From positions 1,311 through 65,310 of the forward strand of contig CAVXCT010000034.1 in NCBI GenBank assembly GCA_963760355.1: 64,000 nt of DNA. The letters run 5' to 3'. The translations under genes and the position numbers were made by a program. The notes beneath the pieces are model-generated. The model was not told the origin of the DNA, ran no database searches, and was given only the letters and a program-made list of their open reading frames with translations. Positions within the stretch are counted from its first letter, which is position 1; each line of letters begins with the position of its first letter. The stretch is from an uncultured Gammaproteobacteria bacterium. Lineage in GTDB: Bacteria > Pseudomonadota > Gammaproteobacteria > Thiotrichales > Thiotrichaceae. This document shows positions 1 through 10,131 of this stretch, one piece after another.

Positions 1-456
1 TCATTAATAAAGCAGGGGATGTTGTACGACCGTGTGATTATCGATATGCCAGATCCACACAATGAGACAATCAAATAAACTCTACTCCCGAGAGTTTTAT
101 ACGATGATTCGCAAACGCATGTCAGCAGATGGTTATCTAGTTACTCAAAGCTCATCACCATTTTTCACACATAAAACATTCTGGAGTATAGAAAAGACGC
201 TCGATGCAGTGTTTGCTGAAACCTTGAGTTACCATGTCTCGATTCCATCGTTTGGAATCTGGGGATTTAATATGGCCAGTGTAGGAACTTGATCCCTGAA
301 AGTTTTCAATTTAATGTAGATACTCTATATATTGATCAACAGACAATGCAGGCAGCAATGGTATTTAGCAAAGATACACAGAAAATTGATGTTCCAGTTA
401 ACTCTATTATGGAACCAAAGCTGTATCAACTTTATCTAGATGATTTGAAAAACTAG
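1..456 (+). CDS. Spermidine synthase-like (polyamine aminopropyltransferase), 3' part, two frameshifts
   Basis: Manual translation across frames: YDRVIIDMPDPHNETI / NKLYSREFY...GYLVTQSSSPF...SIPSFGIWGF / ...NSIMEPKLYQLYLDDLKN* (stop 454-456). 5' end lies outside the window. Confidence 0.8.
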
Positions 457-517
457 TGCTAATTCAAAAAATCCTAACTAAAAAAAGTACAAACGAACAT
501 AGTGTTAAAATAACCAA

Positions 518-1293
518 ATGATTAGAATCATCATCGAGTATCTATTTCTCAGTTGTCTCATACTCAGTGTGAGTCAGAGTAGTGCTGCTGACACAACAGT
601 GGCTGTGTCTTCTCAAACATCGTCACAGTCATCACAAAAGCTGCAGAAAAAGCAGGTCATAGATTATTTCAACAGGCCGATTCCGGCCTTCTAAACATCC
701 TGCCTTTTCCCGGGTTCCCAAGAAATATGCGAATCGCTCAGGTTATTATTTAAGAACCGAAACACTCAATGCCTTTCGTGCAATGCATGCCGCTGCCAAA
801 AAGCAAGGTATCAATATTGTGATTAGATCAGCGACCAGAAACTTTACCAATCAACACTATATTTGGGAAAGGAAATGGAAGTCCAGGAGTCGATCTAAGT
901 TTAAATGCTTCGGCGCGGGCACTAAATATTCTTAAGTACAGTTCCATGCCAGGAACATCAAGACATCATTGGGGGACTGAAATTGATATCAATTCATTCA
1001 GTAATCGTTGGTTTAACTCTGGTGAAGGTTTGCGTTTATTTAAATGGATGAATAACAATGCGGCTAAATATGGTTTCCACAGACCTTATACAGCTAAAAA
1101 CCAGAATAGACCGAATGGTTATAATGAAGAAAAGTGGCACTGGTCTTATACAGCTTTATCTATTCCCATGTTACGGGATGCCTCAAAGGCGTTATCTGAT
1201 CGTGATATAAGAGGGTTTTCTGGAAGTAATACCGCTACACAGATTGGCATCGTGGAAAACTATATTCTGGGTGTTGATAAAAGTTGTCAATAA
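518..1293 (+). CDS. Peptidase M15 (VanY-like D,D-carboxypeptidase) with signal peptide, two +1 frameshifts
   Basis: ATG 518 gives a hydrophobic leader; shifted frames (~671, ~903) read TGRF.PSKHP..F, IRSATRNF, SSMPGTSRHHWG, E.WHW, typical of M15B enzymes. Confidence 0.8.
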
Positions 1294-1429
1294 TTAAATC
1301 TGATTTAAAACTACTTATTATCAAACTTTGTACTATTTATTTATCAAGTGACAACTTTTCAGTATTTCTTTAAACCTTAATAAGACTGCTTTAAAATCAG
1401 TGTCTCATCCCCAATTAAAAATATCACTA

Positions 1430-2491
1430 ATGTATAAGTTGATTCGAAAGTTACTCTTTCTACTAACACCTGAAGTCGCGCATGATTTTAGCCTCCCAGT
1501 GTTATCAATTTTCAATAAATTGGGACTTTTGAGTCTGTTTAAACCAAAAGTAGATACTAAGACAGTTAAAGTTATGGGTATTGAATTCCCAAACCGGATA
1601 GGTTTAGCAGCAGGCCTGGATAAAAATGGCGAATACATATCTGCCTTATCAAATTTAGGTTTTGGTTTTATTGAAATTGGTACGGTTACACCATTAGCCC
1701 AGCCAGGAAATGATAAACCTCGCATTTTTCGTATTCCGGAAGCTAACGCCATTATCAATAGAATGGGCTTCAATAATGAAGGTATTGATCATTTGATTGA
1801 AAATGTGAACAAAGCTAGAGGCAAAGGCTTTGATGGTGTTCTGGGAATCAATATCGGTAAAAACCTCAGTACAGAAGTAGAAAACGCCACTAGAGACTAT
1901 CTAATCGGTTTGAGACAAGCCTATTACTATGCGACTACATAGCCATAAATATTTCATCGCCTAATACCCCTGGCCTAAGAACATTGCAATACGGGGATGA
2001 ACTAAATGGCTTACTTTCTGCCATTAAAAATGAGCAAATGAAACTGGCCTTAGAGCATAAAAAGTATGTGCCGGTTGCGATTAAAGTTGCTCAGACTGAC
2101 CGAGAAAGAAGTTGAGGCTGTCGCTAAGTCAATATTATCGAATAATATGGATGCTTTGATTGCGACTAATACAACATTATCACGCGATGCTGTCCAAGGT
2201 TATGCACATGCGCATGAAGCTGGAGGCTTGAGTGGTGATCCAGTTAAACAACAATCTACTAAAATAATTGCCGAATTTCATAAGTATTTGAAAGGTCAGG
2301 TACCTATTATTGGTGTTGGTGGTATTTCATCTGCCAAGGATGCTGAAGATAAACTAAATGCTGGTGCAGCTTTAGTAGAGATTTATACTGGATTTATTTA
2401 TCAAGGACCTGGGTTAATTCGTGATATTTTAGAATCTCAAGCGGTAAAGAATCACCAAGACACTTTAATGGAAGAAGATCTTCAAGTTTGA
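1430..2491 (+). CDS. pyrD: Dihydroorotate dehydrogenase (quinone), class 2, two frameshift sites
   Basis: [36 protein letters not shown]; bridging frame [11 protein letters not shown] (~1950-2090); NTT, GGLSG, IIGVGGI. Breaks at ~1933 and ~2092. Confidence 0.92.
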
Positions 2492-2557
2492 TCGACTAAT
2501 TCTTCGATGTCTAAAGATTCTACTAAATCAATAAATAACTAAAACAATAAATATAGC

Positions 2558-2620
2558 ATTTCATGAGTCGTCCATTCCAAAAAATGAAATGGCAAGCTCA
2601 TGGAAAGTAGAGGGGTGACT
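2558..2620 (-). repeat. REP-like arm (degenerate) with outer hairpin
   Basis: aaagtagaggggtgac at 2604-2619, preceded by a catgag(2562-2567)/ctcatg(2597-2602) stem; lies between convergent genes. Confidence 0.6.
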
Positions 2621-2650
2621 AAATAACAGGACTATTTATCAGATTCTCAA

Positions 2651-3497
2651 TTAATTAGCCTGCATGCGATGTTTCAAGCGCTGCTTTCGACTTTCCTTCA
2701 TTTGCTGACGAAATGACAATAGTTTACTATATTGTTTTTGGTCTAAAACCGCTTCTATTTTCATTCGCATCTCGCCACTTTCAACAACCATTTGTTCAAC
2801 CCGTTTTGCATTCACGTCGGCTAAAGCAAAAATATCCGCTTTGTAACTTGGGCTGCGAGAGTCCATTGTATTTAATTGTTGATTGAATTCCAGAACCTCT
2901 TCACGTAATGGTTGCATTATTACTTCTTTTTCAACGATTAAAGCTTTGATTTCAGTAATTTGCTCAGTACTAAGAACTAGTTGATTCAGTTGAGGAGGAG
3001 GTAAACGTAAATGCCGAGCCAGGGTTCTTAAGTCTTGATTGTTGCTTTGATCAGATTTCTGTTTCTGCTTTCCCTGTTTATTACCATGCATTTGTTGGTA
3101 ATGTTCTTTATAACCCGCTGGCATATCAATTTCGCCATTGAAAATGTACTCGGCAATGATTTTGGCATCTTCTTTTGGAGCAGAGACTGGAGGCATTAAA
3201 TTAAAGTGTCTTATTGCACCAGGCATTAAGCTTTTATTGGCATCAGGTTTTTCTAACCAGCTAGTAACCGCATTGACAAAGGAATCTTTATCTTGATGCA
3301 CACTTAAATAATGCATTCTGACACCAGCAATAGGTGGAGCTATGCGCTTCTGCTTATTCATGCCGCCGGTAAGGCCATGACAGACCTTACAGTGTTGGTT
3401 AAAAAGTTTAGGCCTTTTGATATTTTGGTTTTATCTGCAAATGGAAACCGCAAAAGAAAATTACGGCTACTGCAATAACTGTTTTCAGCGCATACAT
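2651..3497 (-). CDS. Secreted c-type cytochrome fused to a Spy/CpxP-like helical domain, frameshifted near the 5' end
   Basis: ATG 3497 with signal-like leader; CKVCH heme motif at 3377-3391 in frame with the 2651..3361 ORF; APP..MP..MP pattern; C-terminal L(S/D)xxQ repeats (LSTEQ, LDQKQ). Confidence 0.7.
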
Positions 3498-3646
3498 AGA
3501 ACTTTATCCCCAACTAAGATAGAAACTCATATAGACTAAATGGAGACTAACTGCAGTGATAAATGCAAAAAAATTGATTTTATTCAATAATGACTTTGAG
3601 GGTAGAAAAGTAAAAACAAGCAACACTTCTCTGGGCATAGATATAT

Positions 3647-3673
3647 AAAACCCCCTAAAAGTAGGGGGGTGAC
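3647..3673 (-). terminator. REP-like arm that also forms an intrinsic terminator-like hairpin for the LysR gene
   Basis: Minus strand reads cccccta-cttt-taggggg-tttt just after the corrected LysR stop (3678-3680). Confidence 0.6.
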
Positions 3674-3677
3674 TTAT

Positions 3678-4615
3678 TTACATCTGAACCACTTTTTGCT
3701 TAGAATCTTGATAGCAGTCATTCATAATGTCGATAAAACGTTCTGCTGGCGTAGAAAGGAATTTACCCTTTCGTGTAACAATACCGTAAGCGTACGTTTA
3801 GGGAAATATTTGTCTAAAGGTATAACAGTGAGTTCTTTTCTATCATCTGCAGTAAGACAAACGTCGGTTACTATGGATATACCTAAACCAATCTTTACAT
3901 ATCGTTTAATAACTTCCCAGCCACCCGCTTCCAGATTGACTTTGTAATTTGTATTGTTTTGTGCAAATACCATTTTAACAATACGCCAGGTACTTAAATG
4001 ACGCGGCGGTAATATCAATCCATAAGGACTGATGTCTGCCAGTGTAATGTTCTTTAATTTAGAAAGAGGATGGTCTTTAGGTGCAATTAAAACAGGGTTG
4101 TAAGATACGATAGGTTTGGGTTCCATATCATCTGGAATCTCTAGCATAGAGCCAATTGCAATATCAATATCGTTATTTCTAAGCATTTCAAGGCCATCAC
4201 GACCTGTTTCATTGGCTAAGCGTAACTTAATTCCAGGGTATTCTGTGGTAAATCTTTGCACCGGTTCAGGTAGTACATATAGAATTGTAGATTCACCAGC
4301 AGCGATTGATAGTTCACCCGTGCTCATGTTGCCACAATGTGCGCTAAAGGTTTCATGTAGATGATCAACGTTTTGTACGAGCGGTTCTGCAAGGTCATAA
4401 AGGATTTTTCCTTCAACCGTTAGCATAATCTGAGGGCCATTACGTTCAAAAAGAGAAACCTCCATCTCTCTTTCTAATGCCTGTATTTGTAAAGATACAG
4501 TAGGTTGGCTGGCGAATAATTTCTCCGCGGCCTTAGTCACACTGCCATGTTTAGCTACCTGGCAGAATGCACGCAACGTTTTAAGCCTGTTTTGCTTATA
4601 GTAAATAGTAGTCAT
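3678..4615 (-). CDS. LysR-family transcriptional regulator (CysB/Cbl-like), frameshift near 3790
   Basis: N-terminal HTH (GSVTKAAEKLFASQPTVSLQIQALE); after FPKRT an alternate frame gives YGIVTRKGKFLSTPAERFIDIM...* ending 3678. Confidence 0.85.
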
Positions 4616-4884
4616 CTTTATCTCTTTTAGCGGGAAAAGTAATATTAAACACTGAATGCATTGAATAGTCTAATAATTAATTATTATTATAGTAAATTAA
4701 ATTGATAGTGTGTCTTTTAAATACTACTTATGAATCAATAAAATAATATAGATATATGATGAATGAAAAAATGTTTTTAATTTGAGTAAAAAGCGGAGTG
4801 TATATTCTTCCTGCTTATCAGTTTATACTCTGTTTTCCAAACTACACACGATAATATCTTTTATGGTTTTAAATGGAAAAGTAA

Positions 4885-5736
4885 ATGATAAATAGCCGTC
4901 ATCGAACTGTTTTTATTGTCTCAGAAAGTACCGGTATAACCGCTGAAACAATGGCACACAGCTTGTTATCACAATTTCCACATTTAGAATTTACCTATCA
5001 CCAGCGCTCATTCGTTGATAGTGAAAAAAAAGCACGTAAACTAGTAAAAGAGATTCATAACGTAGGTGAAAATCAAGGTTTTAAGCCACTGGTTTTTGCA
5101 ACTATGCCAGAAACACATATTAATGATATTTTAGCTTCGGCAAGTTGCCATTATTACGAAATATTTGAGAGCTTTGTTGATAAAATCGGACACGATTTAC
5201 ACACAGAACCAACGCGTGAATCAGGTTTAAGTCATGGTATGATCAACGATAAAACCTATGATGCACGAATTGAAGCGCTAAATTTCACTCTCAAACATGA
5301 TGATGCGATGGTATTAAAAACCATCGATCAGGCAGATATCATTATAATTGGTGTCTCTAGATCGGGTAAAACCCCCACTTCACTGTATTTAGCGTTGAAA
5401 TTTGGTATCAAAGTGGCAAATTACCCCATAACTGAAGATGACTTTGAAAAAAATGAGTTACCCCAGGTATTGCTGAATAATAGAAAAAAGATATTTGCAA
5501 CATCGATAAAAGCGAAACGACTTAAACAGATTCGTGAAAAGAGAATTCCAAATAGTGAATATTCATCTCTGCAGACCTGTAAAGATGAAATAGCTAAAGC
5601 TACTAAGCTTTATAAAAAGTATGGGTTTGTACCGATGGATGTAACCAAACGATCTATAGAAGAATTAGCCGCTCAGATCATAAAAGTTTTCAAAGGCAAA
5701 CAAGACATTACGTTATACCCCTCAAAGGATATTTAA
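4885..5736 (+). CDS. ppsR: PEP synthase regulatory kinase/pyrophosphorylase (DUF299)
   Basis: SESTGITAE, GVSRSGKTPTSLYLA; directly upstream of ppsA. Confidence 0.92.
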   Translation: MINSRHRTVFIVSESTGITAETMAHSLLSQFPHLEFTYHQRSFVDSEKKARKLVKEIHNVGENQGFKPLVFATMPETHINDILASASCHYYEIFESFVDKIGHDLHTEPTRESGLSHGMINDKTYDARIEALNFTLKHDDAMVLKTIDQADIIIIGVSRSGKTPTSLYLALKFGIKVANYPITEDDFEKNELPQVLLNNRKKIFATSIKAKRLKQIREKRIPNSEYSSLQTCKDEIAKATKLYKKYGFVPMDVTKRSIEELAAQIIKVFKGKQDITLYPSKDI

Positions 5737-5750
5737 AGGATTAATTATTG

Positions 5751-8113
5751 ATGAATACCTATAATGTGATCTGGTTAGATCAACTTGGCATAAATGATAT
5801 TGACAGCGTAGGGGGTAAAAACGCCTCTCTCGGTGAGATGATTCAAAATCTCGGTAATTTAGGGGGTGAATGTACCCGGAGGGTTTGCGACAACCGCTGA
5901 TGCCTATCGTGGATTTCTGGAGCACGAAAATCTTGGTAATAAAATCAATGCTTTATTAGATGAACTTGATGTAGACAATCTTGAAAGTCTAGCCAAAACA
6001 GGTAAGCAAATTCGTGACTGGATCATGCAGGTTCCATTGAAAGAAGACCTTGAAGATGATATCAATGCAGCCTATGCAAAACTGGTCGGACAATACGGTG
6101 AGGAGGTTTCATGGGCAGTTCGTTCGTCAGCAACCGCTGAAGATTTACCGGATGCGTCATTTGCAGGTCAACAAGAAACCTTCTTAAACGTTTCTGGTAT
6201 TGAAGACATCAAAGTAGCCATTCGTAAGGTTTTCGCATCATTATTTACTGATCGTGCTATCTCATACCGCGTCCATCAGAATTTTGATCATGCAGGCGTC
6301 TGCGTTGTCGGCGGGCATTCAGAAAATGGTTCGTTCAGACATTGCAGCCAGTGGTGTTATGTTTACGCTAGATACTGAAACAGGCTTTGATAAAGTAGTA
6401 TTTATCACTGGCAGTTATGGACTTGGTGAAATGGTGGTGCAGGGTGCTGTGAACCCTGATGAATTTTACGTTTATAAAAAGAACCTGACTGAAAACAAAC
6501 CGGCAGTACTCACACGAACACTAGGTAGTAAAGCGATACAAATGGTTTACGATATCGGTGGTGAAGAGCCCGTTAAAATCATCGATGTTGAAGCTGATAA
6601 ACAAACCAAATATTGCATAACGGATGAACAAGTTGAAGAACTGGCTAGACAAGCTGTCATTATAGAAAAACATTATAAACGCCCGATGGATATTGAGTGG
6701 GCGATGGATGGCAACGATGGAGGACTTTATATCGTTCAGGCTCGACCTGAGACTGTACAAAGCCAGGCGGGCAATGTTATTGAACGCTTTAACTTAAAAG
6801 AACAAGGACCGATTTTGTCAGAAGGACGCTCCATCGGTGGTCGTATTGGCGCAGGTACAGCACAAATCATCATGAGCCTTGATGATATGGATCAGATCAA
6901 GCCCGGCGATGTACTAGTTACAGATATGACAGATCCAGACTGGGAGCCAATTATGAAACGTGCCTCAGCCATAGTGACTAATCGCGGTGGACGTACCTGT
7001 CACGCAGCCATTATTGCACGTGAACTCGGCGTGCCCGCAGTGGTAGGTTGTGGCGATGCTACTGAGACCATCCCGGATAATGAAGATGTTACTGTATCCT
7101 GTGCCGAAGGCGATACTGGTTACGCTTATCAGGGTTTACTTAATTTTGAAGTTACCACAACTGAAGTTAATACCATGCCTGAGCTGGATTTAAAGGTCAT
7201 GATGAATGTTGGTAATCCAGATAAAGCCTTTGATTTCTGCCAGCTACCCAATAAGGGCATAGGTCTGGCTCGTATGGAATTCATCATTAATAATATGATT
7301 GGCATTCATCCGCGCGCATTGCTGGATTATGAACAACAATCAGATGAACTTAAATCAGAGATTGATCCGCGCATTTCAGCTTATGCAAGCCCACGAGACT
7401 TTTTCGTGCAAAAAATTGTTGAAGGTGTGTCTACCTTAGCCGCTGCTTTTTACCCACAACCAGTTATTTTGCGCATGTCGGATTTTAAATCGAATGAATA
7501 CGCAAATCTAATCGGCGGCACAGAATACGAGCCACATGAAGAAAACCCGATGATTGGTTTCCGTGGTGCAGTGCGTTATATCGATGAAACCTTCCGCCCG
7601 TGTTTCGAAATGGAATGCGAAGCGATTAAATACGTACGTGATGTGATGGGATTAACCAACATTGAAGTAATGATTCCGTTTGTACGCACATTGAAAGAAG
7701 CTAAAAGTGTGACTAAATTACTCGCTAAAAACGGTTTAGGGCGTGGTGAAAATGGTCTACGCCATATAATGATGTGCGAATTACCATCCAATGCTGTTTT
7801 AGCAGGTAAATTCCTTAAATATTTTGATGGATTCTCGATTGGCTCTAACGATATGACACAGCTGACATTAGGTCTGGATCGTGATTCTGGTCTAGTTGCT
7901 GAAAGCTTTGACGAGCGTGACCCTGCAGTTAAGAAAATGCTTAAAATGGCAATAAAGGCAGCGAAAAAGCAGGGAAAGTACGTTGGCATCTGTGGTCAAG
8001 GCCCTTCAGATCACCCAGACCTTGCAGAATGGTTAATGAAACAAGGAATCGATAGCGTCTCGCTAAATCCTGATACAGTAATTAATACCTGGAAACGTTT
8101 AGCGGCTAAATAA
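5751..8113 (+). CDS. ppsA: Phosphoenolpyruvate synthase, two +1 frameshifts
   Basis: ATG 5751 ([11 protein letters not shown]); shifts at G-run ~5861-5866 and at ~6300; [36 protein letters not shown]. Confidence 0.95.
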
Positions 8114-8141
8114 TTAAAAGTACACTCTGTTGCTTGTAAAT

Positions 8142-8253
8142 AAAAAAGGCTAAGCCGTAGCGTAGCAGAGACTACGCTGGAAAGCAGTGACGGCTGCCCG
8201 AAGGGCGTGTTTTTCATTTAAAATGATAAAAAACACCTAAAAGTAGGGGGGTG
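8142..8253 (-). repeat. REP-like arm plus module C (long outer hairpin module)
   Basis: Reverse complement aligns with 28059-28171 and 61378-61471: cacccccctactt, hairpin, gcccttcggg, hairpins, tagcc-T6. Confidence 0.85.
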
Positions 8254-8606
8254 TTATCAATAAGGGTCCCTTGTAAAGCCGTGCTCAGATCATAAAACTC
8301 CGTTTAAGGAAAAGAAGCCAAAGTTGTTAAACAATATCTGCTAGAGCAATATTTAATGCCTAAATCAAGATTTATTTACTGTGGTTGGGAAACTTTGGGT
8401 GGTGAAGGTATTTACAAATACCATGATTAATCTGTCAGGGTTACTATGAATTCTTCTGCAGGTTTAATTATAGGATAGGAATAAACGGGCAGATATACCA
8501 ATATTTATAATAGTAGCTACTGTGTACCTTGAAGACCCGTGAGTCTATGCATACAAAATCACAAGCAATTGAGAATAGTAAAATGAGCCTAATTACCAAA
8601 TAAGCT

Positions 8607-8634
8607 ATTTAACATAATATAGATTATGCGTACT
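8607..8634 (-). other. dif site (XerC/XerD recombination site)
   Basis: Minus strand AGTACGCATAA-TCTATA-TTATGTTAAAT versus E. coli dif GGTGCGCATAA-TGTATA-TTATGTTAAAT; XerD arm identical. Confidence 0.9.
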
Positions 8635-8703
8635 ATTAGTGCCTTCCGAAGTGTTGCTAATTAGGTTATTCTCAAAGATACAACACACTTACCATTAATT
8701 ATA

Positions 8704-9924
8704 TTAAACCTGCATCTTTAAAGGTATAGCCTCTCTAGCTAATAGTTCCGCCGTAGACATCGCTATCATGGCCCGTTCATTGATTGGGATGAAATGTACA
8801 TCGACTATAGATTGATCACTGCTTATTTTATGTAGACTACTTTCATTGGCAATATTATTTAACTCGACACCAAGCCAAGCTAATGGCTCACTTATTAATT
8901 TTCTAGTTAAATCCGAATTCTCACCAATGCCTGCAGTAAATACAATCGCGTCTATGCCTCTTAAAACGACTATCTGCGCACCAATTTCTTTTACAACTCT
9001 GTAGCAGAATAATTCATCGCTTCTGGCTTCTTTGGCTTCTGGATCAGAACTTTCTGCAAGTACACGCATATTGTTACTGATTCGTGAAACGCCTAATAAT
9101 CCTGATTTACGATATAAAATGTCTTGTACTTCATCCGCACTTGAACTTTTTTCATTTCTTAGGTCTATAACCAAACCCGCATCAGATTGAGCCGCTACGC
9201 GTGCCCATAACTAATCCATCTAATGTGCTAAAACCCATAATAGTCGCAACGCTACGTTTATTGTGCAGCGCACAAAAGCTTGCGCCATTACCAAGGTGAG
9301 CAAAAATTATCCGTCCATTCGCTTTATCACCTAAGTCCTTTGATAAGCGTGAAGCAATATATTGATAAGATATTCCATGAAAACAGTAACGAATAAGTCC
9401 ATCTTCAGAATATTTTCTGGGAATGGCATATATTTTCTCTAAACGACTTTGCGTATGATGAAAAGCAGTATCAAAACAGGCTCTTTGTGGTAATTCTGGC
9501 GAATGATCCCTAATTGTTTGTATCGCAAGCTAAGCAATGATGTTGATGCAATGGCGCAAGCGGAATATAACTCCTCATGGTTTCCATATTTTCATCGTTT
9601 ATAACGATAGGCTCATGGGACTCACTGCCTCCATGAACGACTCTATTACCAGCTGCTACAGGATGAAAAGCCACGTAACGACTGTATAAACGTTCTAGAA
9701 GATTAGTAATTAACCATACGTGAGTCCGCATCTTTAGGAATATGATCGAATGGTTCAGTGACTGTTAAAGCATTATCGCCTATGGAAGCAATCAGTTCTG
9801 GTTGTGTGCCAATACGTATAACTTTACCTTTAAGCAGTGGTTCTGTTAAATGTGAAGATACAGGACATGAAGCAAATTTTAAGCTTGATGAGCCTGAATT
9901 TACTACTAAAATGACATCAATCAT
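8704..9924 (-). pseudogene. ackA: Acetate/propionate kinase, three +1 frameshifts and substitutions in conserved motifs
   Basis: VILVVNSGSSSLKF; GNRVVHGG; APLHQ; ACFDTAFH; RYCFHGISY; AHLGNGAS; GTRSGSI; VFTAGIGENS, spread over four frame segments. Confidence 0.75.
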
Positions 9925-9972
9925 GGTTTGGGGTTTGCTTTTAAAAGAAGTGTATTTCGATATTAAGAAGTA

Positions 9973-9998
9973 CACCCCCCTACTTTTAGCGAGCTTTT
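9973..9998 (+). repeat. REP-like arm
   Basis: cacccccctacttttagcgagctttt, ~50 bp upstream of the ackA start. Confidence 0.8.
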
Positions 9999-10131
9999 CG
10001 TTTCGTTGCTTGAAACGTTAAACTCGTTTATTTGCATCAGCATTGAGCGGTTTTTATTATTTGAATAATCTTTAATCTGTTTTTATATTTTCTTAGATAA
10101 GCCTTGGATAAGTATTAGCTAAATATTTTTG

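Noticed and set aside
5851-6310. Programmed frameshifting in ppsA (and likewise pyrD)
   Set aside because: No known recoding in these genes, no slippery heptamer with stimulatory signal, and they lie in the indel-rich zone.
8254-8606. Phage or IMEX remnant beside dif
   Set aside because: Only very short ORFs (about 24 codons), no second dif-like site found by eye, and no rep or integrase fragments.
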